From Mobula hypostoma (lineage: Eukaryota): a DNA stretch of 64,000 bases. Positions 1-13,480 of this stretch are shown here, piece after piece. The notes under the pieces were generated by a model, which was given only the letters and a program-made list of their open reading frames with translations, searched no databases and was not told where the DNA came from. The stretch's first letter is position 1. Each line of letters starts with the position of its first letter. The stretch lies in NCBI RefSeq assembly GCF_963921235.1, contig NC_086106.1, positions 25,668,001 to 25,732,000 on the forward strand, written 5' to 3'. The position numbers and the translations under genes were made by a program.

Positions 1-1182
1 ACCGTAGCCTAAACCAGTTTAATCAGTTTGTGTGAGTAAACGGAGTGAGGCATGAAATCAGGCCGGCATTATTTAGAGCATAAGATGTGGGGTCAGCGAG
101 TAAACGTGGCTGTAGTGTTGTTCAGAGGTATGCTTTATTTGGTGTCGTGGTGAAGGTTGCACCTTGATATCGCCAGGGACCCTATTTCAGTCGAATACCG
201 AAGTTGTCTGTATCTCCTGACGTGCCCACGTGTTCCGTTTGCTCCGGAGTCCCGAAGGTAGTCGCACTGTTTGATAGCTCGTCACAAGCAGAAGAGAGAT
301 CTGGATGAAAACGCGGAAAAAATTGCTGATGGGAAAATAGACTGGATGATGTGGATAATGGAAACGTAAATGAGGATTGTTGAAAGAAATCGAGAAAAAT
401 ATTGCAAAGGATGTTTTCAATCTGTGCAACCTTTCGGCAGTAAACCTGGCGTAATCTCCGCTCCCTCTCTCATCAGACAGAAGACACAGAAGCCTGAACT
501 GAAAGAAATTTAAGCAGCCTAAAAAATACCTTCTATCGTGGTGGCATAACACTATAGAACGGCGCGATATGATGAAGTTTTGATATTCACTCCAGTCTCC
601 TTTGCTATGACTTTATGCCTTATAGTCTCACTGCACTACATACCTTTTAAAGTAAATTTTAAGCCTAATCCTTTGACTGCTTTATTTGGTAGTATTGGAG
701 AAAAGTATATTATTTTGGAGCGATCTGATTTGCACATTTTGGGTTTTATGTCTCTTATGTCCAGAAGGACGCTTTTGCTGAAATTGAAAGATGTGGCCCA
801 TCCGATTCATGCCCAAAGGTTACGAGATTTGATGTCATGTTTAAATTTAGAGAAGATTGGATGTTCAATTATTGAATCTAATCAATACTTTCAAAGGTTT
901 TAGGGACCTTTTCTGAATTATTTTCAAAACTTTTGATTTGTTGTTAAAACACAGATGATGACGAACAATCTTTTTCTCTTTTTTTTCTACTAATGAGCTT
1001 CGGTCTTGGTAGTGGGTTAGATTTTTTTAATAAAGTAAAATTATTATCTTTCAATGTTACGAACTAATTGACATCGACAAAGTAGTTTTTATATGCGATT
1101 TTGCTTAATGTACTGACTTATGTATTTTTTCTGTACTCTGTAATCTTATATATAAATTAATAAACATATTGGAAAGGAAAAT

Positions 1183-4100
1183 GATCTTGGCGATCGGAGT
1201 GATGCCTTACAGCGGACTGAAAAGCTTGAGCATAGAGATATTAAGGAAGCCGATGTTGTGAAGCTTTTGGAAAGCATCAATTTGGATCAGTCACCAAGAC
1301 TGGACGAGATGTACGCCAGGCTACTATGAGAGATGAGCGAGGAGATTGCTGAGCCTCTGGCGATGACTTTTGTATCATCAATGGGGACAGGAGACGTTCC
1401 GAAGAATTGGGGGATGCGGATGTTGTTCCATTATTAAAGAAAGAGAGTAGAGATAGCCCAGGAAACGATAGACAAGTGAGTCTTACCTCAGTGGTCGGTA
1501 AGTTGATGGAGAAGATCCTGAGAGGCAGGATTTATGAACATTTCGAGGGGCATAATATGATTATGAATAGTCAGCATAGCTTTGTGAAAGGCAGGGCGCC
1601 CCTTACAAGCCTAACTGAATTTTTTGAAGATGTAACTAAACACATGGATGAAGTTAAAACAGTAGATGTAGTGTATATGGATTTCAGCAAGGCAATTGAC
1701 AAGGCACTCCATGCAAGACTTATTGAGAAAGTAAGGAGGCATGGGATCCAAGGGTACCTTGCTTTGTGGATCCAGAACTACCTTGGCCACAGACGGCGAA
1801 GAGTGGTTGTAGACGGGTCATATTCTGCATGGAGGTCGGTCACCAGTTTTGTGCCTCAGGGATATGTTCTGGGCCCCTGCTCTTCGTGATTTTTATAAAT
1901 AACCTGGATGAAGAATTGGAGGGATGGGTTAGTAAATTTGCTGATGACAAAACGGTCGGGAGTGTTGTGGATAGTGTGGAGTGGTGTCAAAAGTTACAGC
2001 GGGACATTGATCGGATGCAAAAGTGGACTGAGTCGTGGTAGATGGAGATCAACCAAGACAAATGTGAAGTGGTTCATTTTATTTGTCAAATAGGTTGGCA
2101 AAATATAGTATTAATGGTAAGACTGTTGACAGTGTGGAGGATCAGAAGGATCTAGGGGACCTAGTCCATAGGACACTCAAATCTGCAGCGCAGGTTGACT
2201 CTGTGGTTAATCAAGCATATGGTGCATTGGCCTTCATCAAACGTGGGACGAAGGTTTGGAGCCGAGAGGTAATGTTGCAGCTATATAGGACACTGGTCAG
2301 ACCCCACTTCGTTTTCTGTGGTCAGTTGGGAGGATGCAGAAACCATAGAAAGTGTGCAGACGAATTTACAAGGATATTGCCTGCATTCGGGAGAATGTGT
2401 TATGACAATAAGTTGATTGAACGCAGCCTAGTTTCCTTGGAGCGAAGGAGGATGAGAGGTGACCTAATCGAGGTGTATAAAATGATGAGAAGTATTAATC
2501 GTGCGTATAGTCAGAGGCTTTTTCCAGGGCTGTAATAGCTAGCTCAAGATGGGACAGTTTTAAGGTGCTTGGAAGTAGGTACAGAGGAGATCACAAGATC
2601 ATAAGACAAAGGAGCAGATGTAGGCGATTCGGCCCATGGAGTCTGTTCCGCCAGTACACCATGAGCTAAACTATTCTCCATTCTAGTTCCAGTTTCCGGC
2701 TTTTTCTCCACATCCCTTGATAACCTGACTCACTAGATACGTATCAATTTCCTCCTTAACACCCTCAAGGATTGGGCCTGCACAGCTGTATGTTGCGACG
2801 AATTCCATAAATCCATGACCCTCTGGCTAAAAAAAAAAAGATCTCCTTATCTCTGTTTTAAATGGCTACACTCTAATTCTAAGACGGTGGCCTCTTGTCA
2901 TGGATTCATCCACCAATGGAAACAGCCTTTCCGCATCTACTCTGTCCAACCCTTACAACATTCGATAGTTTCTATGAGATCTCCTCTCATTCTTCCATAC
3001 TCTAATGAATGCGGTCCAAGAGCAGACAAACGCTCCTCATATGTTAGCCTCTGCATTCCAGGAATCATCCTCGTAAATCTTCTCGGAACTCTCTCCAACA
3101 TTAGTACATCCTTTCTAAGAAAGGGGGCCCAAAACTGCATAAAGCATCCCAAATGAGGTTTCACCAATCCCCATACAGCCTCATCAACACCTCTGTACTC
3201 TTATACACTATTCCTCTTGAAATGAGTGCCAACATAGCATTTGCTTTCCTTACTGCCGATCAAACCTGGTGGTTAACCTTTAGAGTATCCTGCACGAGGA
3301 ACCCCAAGTCCCTTTGCATTTCCGATTTTTGAGTTTTCTCCCCATCTAAATAATAATCTGCCCGATTATTTCTTCTTCCAAAATGTACAGCCGTCCATTT
3401 TTCAGCATTGTATCTCATCTGCCGTTTCTTTTTGCCCACTCTCCTAAACTGACCAAGTCTCTCCGCAACCATTCTGTTAATTCAACACTTCCTGCTCCTC
3501 CACCTATCGTGGTGTTATCCACCAAACTATTTAATCCATGATCTAAATCATCGATATACACTGTAAAAAGAAGCGGCCCTAACACCGACCCCTGCGGGAC
3601 AACACTAGTAACCGGCAACCAATCAGAATAGGATCCCTTTATTCCCACCTTTTGGTTTCTGCTTATCAGCTAATGCTCCATCCATTCGAATATCCTTCCT
3701 GTAATTTCATGGCTTCTCATCTTATTAAGCAGCCTCTTATATGGCAACTTATCGAAGGCTTTTTGAAAATCCAAGTACACAACATCCACAGCCTCTCCCT
3801 TGTCAATCTTATTTGAGATTACCTCAAAAAAATTCCAATAGGTTGGTAAGGCAGGATCTTTCCTTCATGAAACCATGCTGGCTTGGGCCTATCTTGTCAT
3901 GCACCTCGAGTTATTTCATAACCTCGTCCCTGATGATCGACTCCAATAAATATCCAACTACCGATGTCAGACTAATGGGTCTGTAATATTCTTCTTGCTG
4001 CTTCCCTCCTTTCTTAAACAGCGAAACTACATTTGCGACCTTCCAGCCCTCCGGACCCATACCAGAGTCTATTGATTCCTAGAAGATCATTTCCAATGCC

Positions 4101-5130
4101 TCCACTATCTCTAAAGCCACCTCCATCAGACCCCGTGGGTGCACCTCATCCGGTCCGGGAGAGTTATCTATGCTTAGCCCATTTATCTTCCCAAGCTCTT
4201 CCTCGCTAGTAATTTTGACTGTACCTAATTCTATTCCCTGAGACCTCTGGCTATCAGGTACGTTGCTAATGTCTTCCACTGTAGAGACTGATGCAAAATA
4301 CTCATTTAGTTCCTCTGCCATCTCTTTATTACCGATTATAATTTCTCCAGCATCATTTTCAATCTGTCCTATATCTAACCGTGTCACTCTTTTAGTCTTC
4401 ATATATTTAAAAAAAACTTATTTCCCTTTTTTATGTTAATTGCCAACTTCCTTTCATAATTCATCTTTTCTTTCCTAATGTCTTTATTAGTTTCCTTCTG
4501 TAAGTTTTTAAAAGTCGTCTAGTCCTCAGTTTTCCCACTAATTTTTATTTCCTTGTACGCTGTCTCTTTTGCTTCTATTTTAGCCTTAACCTCTTTCGTA
4601 GCCACATTTGTGCCATTTTTTTCCATTCATGATTTTATTTTTTCTTAGAATATATTTTTCCTGCACTTTCCTTATTTCTTGTAGAAATTTCATCGAATTC
4701 TGCTCTACCGTCCCTCCATCTAGCTTAGTTCTCCAATCGACTTGGGGCAGTTCCTCTCTCATACCACTGTAATTTCCTTTGTTCCACTGAAATGTCGATA
4801 CACCTGATACCAGCTTCTCCTTTCCAAATTTGAAACTAAACTCAATCACATTATGATCACGACTTCCAAGTGGTTCCGCTACCTCCAGCTCTCTAATCGC
4901 CTCAGGTTCATTACATAGCACGCAATCCAAAACAGCCGATTCCCTGATGTCAGGGGTAGGTTATTTTTTTTACGATGAGAGTGGTGAGTGCGTGGAATGG
5001 GCTACCGGCGAACGACGTGAAGGCAGATACGATAGGGTCTTTTAAGAGACGCCTGGACAGGTACATGGAGCTCAGAAAAAAACAGAGAGAGATAGGTAAC
5101 CGTAGGTAATTTCTAAGTTAAGTACCTGTT
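1183..5130 (+). mobile_element. Decayed CR1/HER1-type LINE (RT and 3' end), interrupted by a nested minus-strand CR1
   Basis: RT fragments (VPLLKK...SLTSVVGK, YMDFSKA, SKFADD, LERRRMRGDLIEVYK). The host sequence agaggagat|gtcaggggtagg resumes at ~4947. Confidence 0.88.
2592..4945 (-). mobile_element. Decayed CR1 LINE nested in the plus-strand CR1
   Basis: Minus-strand RT and endonuclease-distal fragments ([12 protein letters not shown]); 3' microsatellite tail at ~2592-2610. Confidence 0.88.
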
Positions 5131-5678
5131 CGGCACAGGTTGTGTAACTTAGGGAAATCATCCTATATTTCAGTGACATCCCCTTCGGTATACATAGTAA
5201 GTGCGAAGAAAACCCATTTCCCTCCGTTCTCTGATTTTCTTTATTGAATCAATGTCAACAGATTCTACTTGAGCATTCGCCTTGATCTGCAGCATTTACT
5301 GTACCATCCCATTCAATGTTTTGTATCTCCAAGTTCGTCGATACGCTCACTATTGCTCCCTCAAGAATAGCTGATAAACTTGTAAGAGACAACGTTGAAC
5401 AAAGTTGACAGCCGTGGTATGGCATTCCAATCCAAAGAGGGTATTTAGATACCGGAGATATACGAAAAATGCATTCTAATGCTTTCATTTGAGTTGAATG
5501 CAGGAACTGTTCTCAAGCTTGACCGCTTTTGCGACTGAGTCGACTACGTAATCTTACCGATGTATGTGCCCGCCCCTTGCAGTTGACTAGCAAAACACGC
5601 CCTCCACTGATATTTCTTGCATCACACAGAACTGTTTTAATTTTTTCTTCGCACCCGAGGCCTCCCTGCCAGATCATG

Positions 5679-6059
5679 TTTTCCCATAGCCCAGAGGAAC
5701 GTAAGGGTACAACAAAGAGCTCAAAGTTATTCAAGTGAGCAGTTTTACTGCCTGTCAGCGAAGCGGCGGTAAATCTAACTGGGAATTTTGGAGGGCGCCT
5801 CAAAATTTTCCTGGGTTATATATCTTCACAATTTTTTTTAGAGCTTTTGAAAAATAGCGCTAGAGCTTTGTTCGGTCCTTCAGATAAAAAAGGTAATTGA
5901 AGAGCACCCTACATCACTGTTTTTTTTTCACTCAACAAGGGGTAGAATATTGAAAGATCCCTGGCTTGAAAAATCTCACTAAAAATCAGTTGGACGCCAT
6001 TTCCCAGAGACTCACCAGGCAAACAGCCAATAATGCAATAAAGAACAGAAGGATAGCGT
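5679..6059 (-). pseudogene. Decayed TCR V pseudogene
   Basis: Leader (ACG for ATG) with GTGAGT donor at 6010-6015; PKFPVRFTAASLTGSKTAHLNNFE...FLWAMG; RSS-like CATGATC/23/AGAAAAAAT at 5640-5678. Confidence 0.68.
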
Positions 6060-6872
6060 ATGGTGCCGTACTTCTGACTCTGTCGAAAGGCAGTCTAGAT
6101 CTAAGTAATTACTATTAATTGACAGATATGGTAAAATGAATTAACATCAGCGGCACACTTATTTTTTAAGACAGCAGGCCTTATCGTACTGATGATATAC
6201 CTGATCAAGTTGTCTACAGACGCCATATTTTTTTTTATTGCTCGTACACTTTACCATGTATTATCTTATTGTTTTACCTTGTACTATATCGACAAACCGG
6301 ACAATCGATTGATCTGTATCAATAGGAATTAAAGCAATCTTTTTACTGTTCAGCAGCAGATGTGACAATGATAAACGAATTGCACTTCTAATTGGTGAGT
6401 GAATGTCCCATACAGGTAAATAGATTCCACATGGGTCTTCGCTATGATCATAAACGTATCGAATGTCACCTCATCCAATTTTGTCTAAGGATATAAGATC
6501 TCTGTATCTACAGATTTCCCCACCCCCACTCCACCATCCTCACTGTAATACCTCAAGGATGAAGCATGAATCTGTCATTGACGATTTCGAAGAACGTTAG
6601 CTACCTTGATATGGCATTCCAGGCTAAAGAGTTTTGGAAGATGGATATCCCTGAAACTAATTGAAAAATAAGTAATTTTATTACGCGTTGTATTCCATAA
6701 TTGGAGCGTCTTTTGCTAGTGCGATTCGCTCAAATAATTCGAGCACACGACACAACCGACTTTGGAGTGCGGTCCTTCCAATTTCACAGCAAAGCAAGTG
6801 CTCTAGTGAGAACTCATTGCATCATCGACGACAGAGTTTTGTGCAGACCCGTTGTCTACCTGCTACAGCCTG

Positions 6873-7267
6873 GTCCCTGTGGCACAGGGAAACACGGTGA
6901 CCTCTGAAACAAAAGCCCGAGAGATATTCAAAATGGGCCACCGTACTACCTTTCTGCAAAACAGCCGTAACCCACAACGGTCCTTCTGGAGAAGTGTCCA
7001 GCTTGCCTGAGCTGTATTGCTCAAGTAAGAATTTTTTCAGATAGCGCTCGATGCTGGCTGCAGCAATAGCTTGGGTGTAATTACGGTTCCTTCTTCCCTC
7101 GGTCGTTAATTCGGGAGGGTCCGGCATCACTGATTTTTTTCCTTATTTCCTTGGAATTAAAGACGGAATGTTTGAACATTCTTGGCCCCTATTGACACAC
7201 GGAACAGTAGCTGTCCGACTGTTACCAGGTAACAAGGTCGAAACATAATGGAGCAAAAATAATGCAT
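6873..7267 (-). pseudogene. Decayed TCR V pseudogene
   Basis: KKSVMPDPPELT...YSSGKLDTSPEGPLWVTAVLQKGSTVAHFE..ISRAFVSEVTVFPCATG; degenerate RSS CAGGCTG/23/ACAAAACTC at 6834-6872; leader-like exon near 7226-7267. Confidence 0.7.
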
Positions 7268-8110
7268 GACTTTGGGCTTCTGGCTCGATCGAAAGGCAGA
7301 TTAGTTCTTAACAATTACAATCAATTCATATTTACAAGAGGGAGAGATGATGATCAACGGCACTCTTGACTTTGTTTATGTTCGGGCAAATTGCCCTACT
7401 GTAAGGTTCGCTGGGGAAAAGAGGGCCCAACCTTTCTGAGCACCAATCAGAATCTATTTTATCTTTCAGTTTTTAACACATTGTGTTTTCGTTCTCTAAA
7501 AAAAAACACTTGTAAGAGAATGGTGGAAACTGCACTTGACTTTCGAGTCACGTGCTTTCAAGCGGTTGCATGTTCCCCTTCGGGAAGCAATGGGGTTGCC
7601 GGTTGGGTGGAGAACATCAAGTCTTTGCTGATGCAGTCTGCCAGATGTGTAGAGAAGTAGGCCAAAGCACAGAAACAGGTTGCAATGATGTGTCTTCAGT
7701 TGCATGATGGATAGCATAGCATAGCGGTTAGTTGGGATGCTGTTAAATATCGGAACTTCGGAGTTCAGAGTTCAATTTCACCGTTTGCAAGGTGTCTTAA
7801 CGTACATCGGATGTAATGATTGCCTTTTCTAGCACTTCGGTTTCTTGCCACTGAACATGTCATAGTCCCTTCTGGCAATCCCCCACCTTGCCATTTATCC
7901 CAGCAATTGGGCCGCAATCACCTCAATTTACAATCATTCCCAGGTTCCACTAACTACACACGTTAGCTTCCCATCAGAAACTGCAGGATAAAGACCCTGT
8001 GATCACCACAAGGTGCTGCCAGTTCGTTGGTCGACTCGTGTATGAGTAACCTCGTTCCATGGTTCTGAGGACTATCAGTTCTAAGTTGAGCATCGTTCCT
8101 GAATTCTCTA

Positions 8111-11100
8111 TTTTACGTGCCCCGTAACTGGGTTGCCAAACCAGCAGAAATGGATCACTCAGTTGGAGTCTGGATTACCAGAACTAAGAAAGTTTTATTA
8201 AAGAAACAAGCAACACAGTAATCGAAAGGATAATAAATGCAACAGTTCAGCAATGATAAACACACATGTGCACAGAATTAAGATAACAGCATCAATCAAG
8301 CTCTATCGTTGTCTCGGGATAAATGACCAATTTCAAAGTGACACAAAGTTCAGGCCAATTTAGTAGTTCAGTTCGCAGTAATCGTTGCCATGGCGATGGA
8401 CAACGTGGGGGGTGGAGAGAGAGAGAGAACGGGAACGACTGATCATTCAGAAACGGCTTCCACTCACAGACCGGCGATAATTGCTCACAAGCAGCTTCCG
8501 GGCAGGTCCTTGGTGATGTCACCTGAGGTCACCGACCGTGACCCCTCCTCCAGATGCGGTCGATCCTCTGCAGTGAACCCGGCACCCAAGCAAAGGCGGA
8601 CACACACCGGGTTCCCGCTGATGGTACCTTTCCACCCTGGCCGTTGTCTAATACTTCCCACCGACTCGTGAGAGGCGCACCGCTTCCAGGGTCTCGTTAC
8701 CTCGTGTGTCGTGTCTCCTGCCTCAGCGAACCTGTCCCTTTTTATCCCCCTGCTGGGGCATCGCCTGTCCGCCACTTCAAACAGTTCAGGATTCAAAGGG
8801 GGAGCCGCTCCAGACAGCTCTCTCTCCCGTCGCTTCATTACACATCTCCAGATGCTGTTTCATTGTGTTCCTTATCTCTCTCTTGAAGACAGGTGGCAGA
8901 CCAACTGCGGATCACACAGGACAGCTAACATCTTATCTATGTGTATTATCGTCACACTTCCCCCCTTTAAGGACTTTTACCGGGAGGTAAAAATTACAAA
9001 CATGAATACATTATTTGATACACGGACAAATATACATCTTTATCAGCCATTTGGCTAACACAGCGAGTTTGAAGTTGTCAACACCTTGACAGGCAGTCAT
9101 CGCATTTTCTGTTCCTTTTACATGTGTTATTAATAATCCCTTAGACCAGGCTCCAACTCAGCAAACTTCATAGTGGCCAAATACACTGATAAATTTCGAT
9201 CAATTTAACCTCCCATTTGGTTTTGTCCCGGACTACAATAACAAGGGTCGTCCCATTCCGACTCAATTTTCTCTCGCAAGGGCTTAGTAGGAGGGGGAGG
9301 GGTAGTGACCGCAGAGTTATTGCAAAACTTCCTACAGTACCCCACCTTGTCTAACAGCCTTCTGAGGGCTCCCTTGTCTGTCGGGGTTGGGTGGTCAGCG
9401 ATAGCCTGCACTGCAGCTTGCATCGCTGCCAGCTGCCCCTGTGTCACCACAATACCCAGGTAAGTGACCCTCGTGTGGCCGAATTCATTTTCCTCAAGGT
9501 TCACTATCAAGCTGGCTTCAGACAGCCGTATTAAATTGCCAATACACACCTCTGTGTTCATCAGCCCTTTAGCACTGAATTATTCATTATATATGGCTGT
9601 TGTTTGCTAGGCTGACCTATTGTAACCGACATCACCCAACGTCCCAGGTCTTTGCATCGCCTCGGGACAATCAAGCACAGGGGTGCGAGTCGTTTAATTA
9701 CTTCTGCTAAAGATTCGCTTTGTTCGGGGATTAAGGGAGAGACCTTATCAGTAGACCTGGCCAAAACAATAGCCTTCTCCCATCTGATCGATCCCATACT
9801 AATCTTTTCAAAATGTTTTTTTCCTCTTATCAGGGGGCCCCTAGCTTATTTGATTTCCACGCTAACCCCGACTGGGTATGTTAACATATCAAAAGCCGGT
9901 GACCGTCTCAGTTCGCGTCGGTCATGATCAATAACATTCTTCCCCCTGGGCAGCCGGTAAATCTCTTTCATGATTCCACCATTTGTTTCCTCCAGCACCG
10001 CAAAATGTCCACCGGGGGGTTCCTCGTGGGTCATGTTAAAAACCTCATCCCCATAACTCTTTTGCACCACCCCCCACTCCTCATCTACGGGTACTGTACT
10101 TGATTTCCCTTTTTTCCTTAACACTTCCTCCTCCACACAATAGCCTACTAGTTCCCTTCTTAAAGCTGTGTCAGAGAGAGCTGTCTCTGCCGAAAGCATC
10201 AGCCCCTCGTCTCGCTCCTGCGTCTGCACAAATTATTTTCTGGCTACTTCTACGTCTGTCCCAGCTCCCTCACTGCCTCTGGTCTCACTACACTCTTTCT
10301 TTTCATTTTCTACCCTCTTCTCGTACAAGGTTGGCAGAAACATTTCAGCTAAATTCACTACCGCGGTCCCGTGATGAATGTGTGAGTCCATGGGCGGGGC
10401 CTCAATGCTGGCAGCCTGACCTGTCAATCTCACGACTGGGAACACGATTCCCCCGGCGATGTCATTACCGAGCAAGACTTCCACACCTTTCATCGGTAAT
10501 TCGGACCTCACCCCGATCGTGACTAGTCCAGAGATCAGGTTGCTTTGTAAGTGTATCTGGTGCAAAGGGACTGACTCTGTCCCTTCCCCAACACCTTTGA
10601 CCTCTACCTCCCCAGTCTGGGTCTCTGAGCTAAACTCTAATACACTCTTCAGTATTAGTGACTGATACGCTCCCGTGTCTCTCCAGATCTGCACTGGAAC
10701 TGGTTTTAACCCCTCCTTCACTGACACCAATCCGGCCGAGATAAACCTCTCGCGCCCTTCCTGAACTTTTTCAGACCTGTCCTTCCCTAGCGGTTCGCTT
10801 AACAGCTCGATACAGCCATTCAAAGTCGCTGTTTTTCCTTTTCCCGTCTCCTTCTTTGGGGCAAAGCACCTGGACGCAAAGTGTCCGGCTTTCCCACAAT
10901 TATAACAGACGACCCCAGGAGACTTCCTACCAGACTGCTCCCGGTCTACCTTATCCTTTTCACTAGTCCCCGGCTTACTTTCTGACTTTTCCGGCGGACT
11001 CTCCCCGCCGTCCTGACTACCCTTCTGGTAGCTTTTACTCGGGGCAAACTTCATTTTATGCGTCAACGCATACTCATCTGCTAACTTTGCAGTTGCGGCT

Positions 11101-12997
11101 AACGTGGCTGCCTCTTTCTCATCGAGGTAGGGTCTCATACAGTCAGGGACACTACCATTAAACTGCTCAATCAGGATCAGTTGTAGCAGTCTGTCATAAA
11201 CCCCCTCTACCCCCTTCGAGGCGCACCAACGCTCACAATATGTCTGCATCTCACGGGCAAACTCCAAATACGTGCGGTCCCACTGCTTCCGCGCATTCCG
11301 GAACCTCTGCCGGTATGCCTCCGGGACCAACTCATAAATCCTGAGGATGGCCTCTTTTACCACCTCATACCTCTGGGCATCTTCCGCGGACAGAACGGAG
11401 TAAGCTTCTTGGGCTTTCCCTTTCAGTACACTCTGAAGTAAGACAACCCACTTATCCCTCGGCAAGTCCTGACTTATAGCCACTTTTTCGAAGTGGAGAA
11501 AGTACCGATCCACGTCGATATCGTCAAATGGGGGAACCAGCCTAACCTCCTGGGTCGCCCGGAACCCTCCACCTTGGTTCGGCACGAGCCCCTGCTCGGC
11601 CCTTATCTTTAACTTCTCCAGCTCAAATTTCCTTTCTCTCTCCCATTGCCTCTCTATCTCCTCTCTCTCCAACTACTCTCTCTCTCTTTCTCTTCTCTGT
11701 CCAACTCTCTCTCTCTCTCTTGCCTTTCTAACTGTCTCTCCTTCTCCCGCCTTTCTAACTGCTTCTCTTCGTGTTCTAACTGCTGTGCCCGGAACTCGTG
11801 CTCGAATCTCAGTTTTTCAAGCTGTACCTGTACCGCGTCTCCAGCAGGTTTTTCAATAGACACCACCTCCAGCTCGCCTTGGGGAAACACACCCTTAGAT
11901 ACATAGTGCTCTACGATAGCCCTGTGTATCTCTTCTCTCCTCATTGTCGACTTCACCTTAGCAAGATTCAACCGTTTGGCCACAGCTACTAATTCCGATT
12001 CACTGGCATCCTCTAATGCCTCCAAGGTCGGCGCCTTTATAAATTCCTCAGCCTCCATTTCTGCTGTTTGTCTTTTCTTTCTTTCGGGAATTTTAACCAA
12101 ATCAATTTACTCCGTCCCAAATTTAGCGTTCAAAATCGCGGACGAGAACCCCACGTATGTTACGTACCCCGTAACTGGGTTGCCAAACCAGCAGAAATGG
12201 ATCACTCAGTTGGAGTCTGGATTACTAGAACTAAGAAAGTTTTACTAAAGAAACAAGCAACACACTAATGGAAAGGATAATAAATGCAACAGTTCAGCAA
12301 TGATAAACACACATGTGCACAGAATTAAGATAACAGCATCAATCAAGCTCTATCGTTGTCTAGGGATAAATGACCAATTTCAAAGTGACACAAAGTTCAG
12401 TCCAATTTAGTAGTTCAGTTCGCAGTAATCTTTGCCATGGCGATGGACAACGTGGGTGGAGAGAGAGAGAACGGGAACGACTGATCATTCAGTAACGACT
12501 TCCACTCACAGACCGGCGATAATTGCTCACAAGCAGCTTTCGGGCAGGTCCTTGGTGATGTCACCTGAGGACACCGACTGTGACCCCTCCTCCAGATGCG
12601 GTCGATCCTCTGCAGTGAACCCGGCACCGAAGCAAGGGCGGACACACACCGGGTTCCCGCTAATCGTACCTTTCCACCCTGTGCGTTTCCAGTACTGGCC
12701 ACCGACTCGTGAGAGGCGCACCGCTTCCAGGGTCACGTTACCTCGGGTGTCGTGTCTCCAGCCTTAGCGAACCTGTCGCTTTTTATCCCCCTGCTGGGGC
12801 ATCGCCTGTCCGCCACTTCAAACAGTTCAGGGTTCAAAGGGGGAGCCACTCCAGACAGCGCTCTCTCCCGTCCCTTCATTACACATCTCCAGATGCTGTT
12901 TCATTGTGTTCCTTATCTCTCTCTTGAAGACAGGTGGCAGACCAACTGCTGATCACACGGGACAGCTAACATCGTATCTATGTGTATTCTCGTCACA
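8111..12997 (-). mobile_element. Ty3/Gypsy Gmr1-like LTR retrotransposon, pol largely deleted; LTRs 12158-12997 and 8111-8956
   Basis: ~840-bp direct repeats; 4-bp TSD TCTA on both sides; tRNA-Pro-like PBS (TGGGGTTCTCGTCC) below 12158; polypurine tract AAAGGGGGAAG next to 8957; gag-pro ORF and RT/RNaseH remnants. Confidence 0.92.
10233..11672 (-). CDS. gag: Gag-protease ORF of the Gmr1-like element (479 aa; SCAN-like capsid region, CCHC knuckle, protease); N-terminal part in ORF 11654-12100
   Basis: YFLHFEKVA...LKGKAQEAYS...YELVPEAYRQRFR capsid/SCAN-like region; CYNCGKAGHFASRC zinc knuckle; WRDTGAYQSLI protease motif. Confidence 0.85.
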   Translation of the reverse strand: MEREEIERQWERERKFELEKLKIRAEQGLVPNQGGGFRATQEVRLVPPFDDIDVDRYFLHFEKVAISQDLPRDKWVVLLQSVLKGKAQEAYSVLSAEDAQRYEVVKEAILRIYELVPEAYRQRFRNARKQWDRTYLEFAREMQTYCERWCASKGVEGVYDRLLQLILIEQFNGSVPDCMRPYLDEKEAATLAATAKLADEYALTHKMKFAPSKSYQKGSQDGGESPPEKSESKPGTSEKDKVDREQSGRKSPGVVCYNCGKAGHFASRCFAPKKETGKGKTATLNGCIELLSEPLGKDRSEKVQEGRERFISAGLVSVKEGLKPVPVQIWRDTGAYQSLILKSVLEFSSETQTGEVEVKGVGEGTESVPLHQIHLQSNLISGLVTIGVRSELPMKGVEVLLGNDIAGGIVFPVVRLTGQAASIEAPPMDSHIHHGTAVVNLAEMFLPTLYEKRVENEKKECSETRGSEGAGTDVEVARK

Positions 12998-13480
12998 TCT
13001 ACTAAAACCAAGACTCCGGCTAAAGACTCTGTTGGACACCGATTCCACGCTCGCTACTACAGTCATGCCTCCGACTAGGCCGCTGCGCCCGTGTTCAGCA
13101 TTTGGTTGCGTTCCGCCGCCACGTCCTGGTTATGTTATTTAGTTGTTGTAAGTTCTTCTAAGAATCAGTTAGAGTTAATTGTGGGTTTACTGGTCTTGCT
13201 ACATCGGCGCGAGTTGAAGCATCTTAAAGCCTTATTCCACGTTGCATCGCGAAGAAAAGCAGTACATAATACCTCAATATCGCGAAAAAAGAATTCAAAG
13301 TTCCCATTCGGCTTCGCCTTCAAACCGGTGTAAGAGGTTTCTTCTTTTATGGTACTGTGAATGCTCATAAAATGACTTCTTTGTTATGTTAGGATATAAT
13401 TGGCTTTTCTTTAATCATAACTGCGATGTAAGCGGCTTTCTCTCTCTCTGCTTGTTTGGGTTATATTATTGATAAGTTAG

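Larger units (their letters stand above)
7858..13128 (+). mobile_element. LTR of a Sushi-like chromovirus (7858-8110 + 13002-13128), split by the Gmr1-like insertion
   Basis: Rejoined halves align with the second LTR at 15372-15738 (cagcaattgg...ttcccatcagaaactgcagg...ttctcta|ctaaaaccaagactcc). Confidence 0.75.

Noticed and set aside
10233-11672. Domesticated SCAN/zinc-finger host gene
   Set aside because: It lies within a complete LTR element with PBS, PPT and TSD.
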